Under the pieces are notes generated by a model. It did no database searches and was not told the DNA's origin. It was given only the letters and a program-made list of their open reading frames with translations. Below, piece after piece: positions 63,355 through 64,000 of a DNA stretch of 64,000 nucleotides. A program made the translations under genes and the position numbers. The first letter of the stretch is position 1. Every line of letters begins with the position of its first letter. Source of the stretch: Octopus vulgaris (lineage: Eukaryota). The stretch spans positions 44,950,001-45,014,000 of the forward strand of contig OX597821.1 of assembly GCA_951406725.2 (NCBI GenBank), in the 5' to 3' direction.

Positions 63355-63670
63355 TACAAAGTGTTTCAAAAATCTATGGTAGCATGATTGAACTGGTACC
63401 ATTTAAAAACTAAAAGTATCAAGTTTTCTTCTGTTAATTTGATTTTAATTTAATTAAATGTGATTTAATTTTGTTTTTTATCTCTTTCCAGATTCAGTAA
63501 TGTCATTCACAAAACAAGAGAAGTCATTTTGCATCCTAGAATATGATAAAACTGAATCATGGACACAATGTTCAACACAAATTTCGTATGTTTACCAAGC
63601 AGGCACTAGACAGACATTCTATTTTGAACTGGTATGCAAAATTTAAGGAGGAGGAGTGTTTGTGCCCTCA
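63355..63670 (+). pseudogene. Tc1/mariner (DD41D-type) 5' end with N-terminal HTH fragment
   Basis: MSFTKQEKSFCILEY...VQHKFR...RHSILNWYAKFKEEECLC. Confidence 0.65.
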
Positions 63671-63739
63671 GAGTATTTCTATGTCCTGGCTCATACCTGC
63701 TCAGAATACATGTATACATACATATATATATATATATAT

Positions 63740-64000
63740 AGTTGAAATTTATAGAAAAACAAAAGATGAAGACAGGTGTATGAACAACAAGCAGGTGTAT
63801 TAGTTTGATGCTTGGGATTGTGAGAAAGTCTTTTACGTTTTGAGCCTATGCTCTTCAACAGAAAGGAATAAGAGAAAATAATCAGAGACTAAAGAAACTT
63901 GTGGATTTAGCAATCAAGCATGGCAACTGGTTGGGAAAAAAAGATTTGACAGGAGAGATAGAAAGAAAGGAAGATACTAAAGTATTGGTGATCCCAAAAC
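63740..64000 (-). mobile_element. Penelope-like terminal repeat fragment abutting (TA)n, with hammerhead-like motif ~63828-63865
   Basis: gtcttttacgttttgagcctatgctcttcaacagaaagg. Confidence 0.7.

Noticed and set aside
484-63803. Most ORF-track entries (YIYIYI, CVCVCV, HTHTH, poly-S/V/A, CHRHRCQTR repeats)
   Set aside because: Translations of microsatellites, SINEs or the antisense RTE 3' UTR units; no evidence of coding function

Overview
Eukaryotic, AT-rich, repeat-dominated DNA. I can recognise no host exon and no intact gene. The SINE families and dense (TA)n/(CA)n/(GAT)n microsatellites suggest an octopus (cephalopod) intron or intergenic region; that assignment is an inference. The window is a mosaic of tRNA-derived SINEs, RTE-clade LINE pieces and their (GAT)n-tailed 3' ends, CR1/Jockey-, CRE- and R4-like LINE fragments, two Penelope-like (RT/GIY-YIG) remnants, a Gypsy integrase fragment, a degenerate Buster-type hAT, Tc1/mariner remnants (DD34D, DD37D, DD41D) and MITEs. 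Nearly all ORF-track entries are microsatellite or antisense-repeat artefacts. Four things stand out. (1) A ~60-nt structured RNA unit (variable-loop hairpin plus candidate H-type pseudoknot with an A-rich loop) is tandemly arrayed in the 3' UTR of an RTE LINE. (2) That LINE also has a PHD finger inserted in its RT. (3) Several unrelated type-I hammerhead-ribozyme-like motifs lie in inverted, microsatellite-anchored Penelope-like termini, including a family-wide CUGUYGA core variant and one with a ~70-nt stem II. (4) Unusual TE architectures: a palindromic two-3'-end DD41D element, a 5'-inverted LINE, and a mini-LTR-like element. All coordinates were read by eye and are approximate unless stated as exact.
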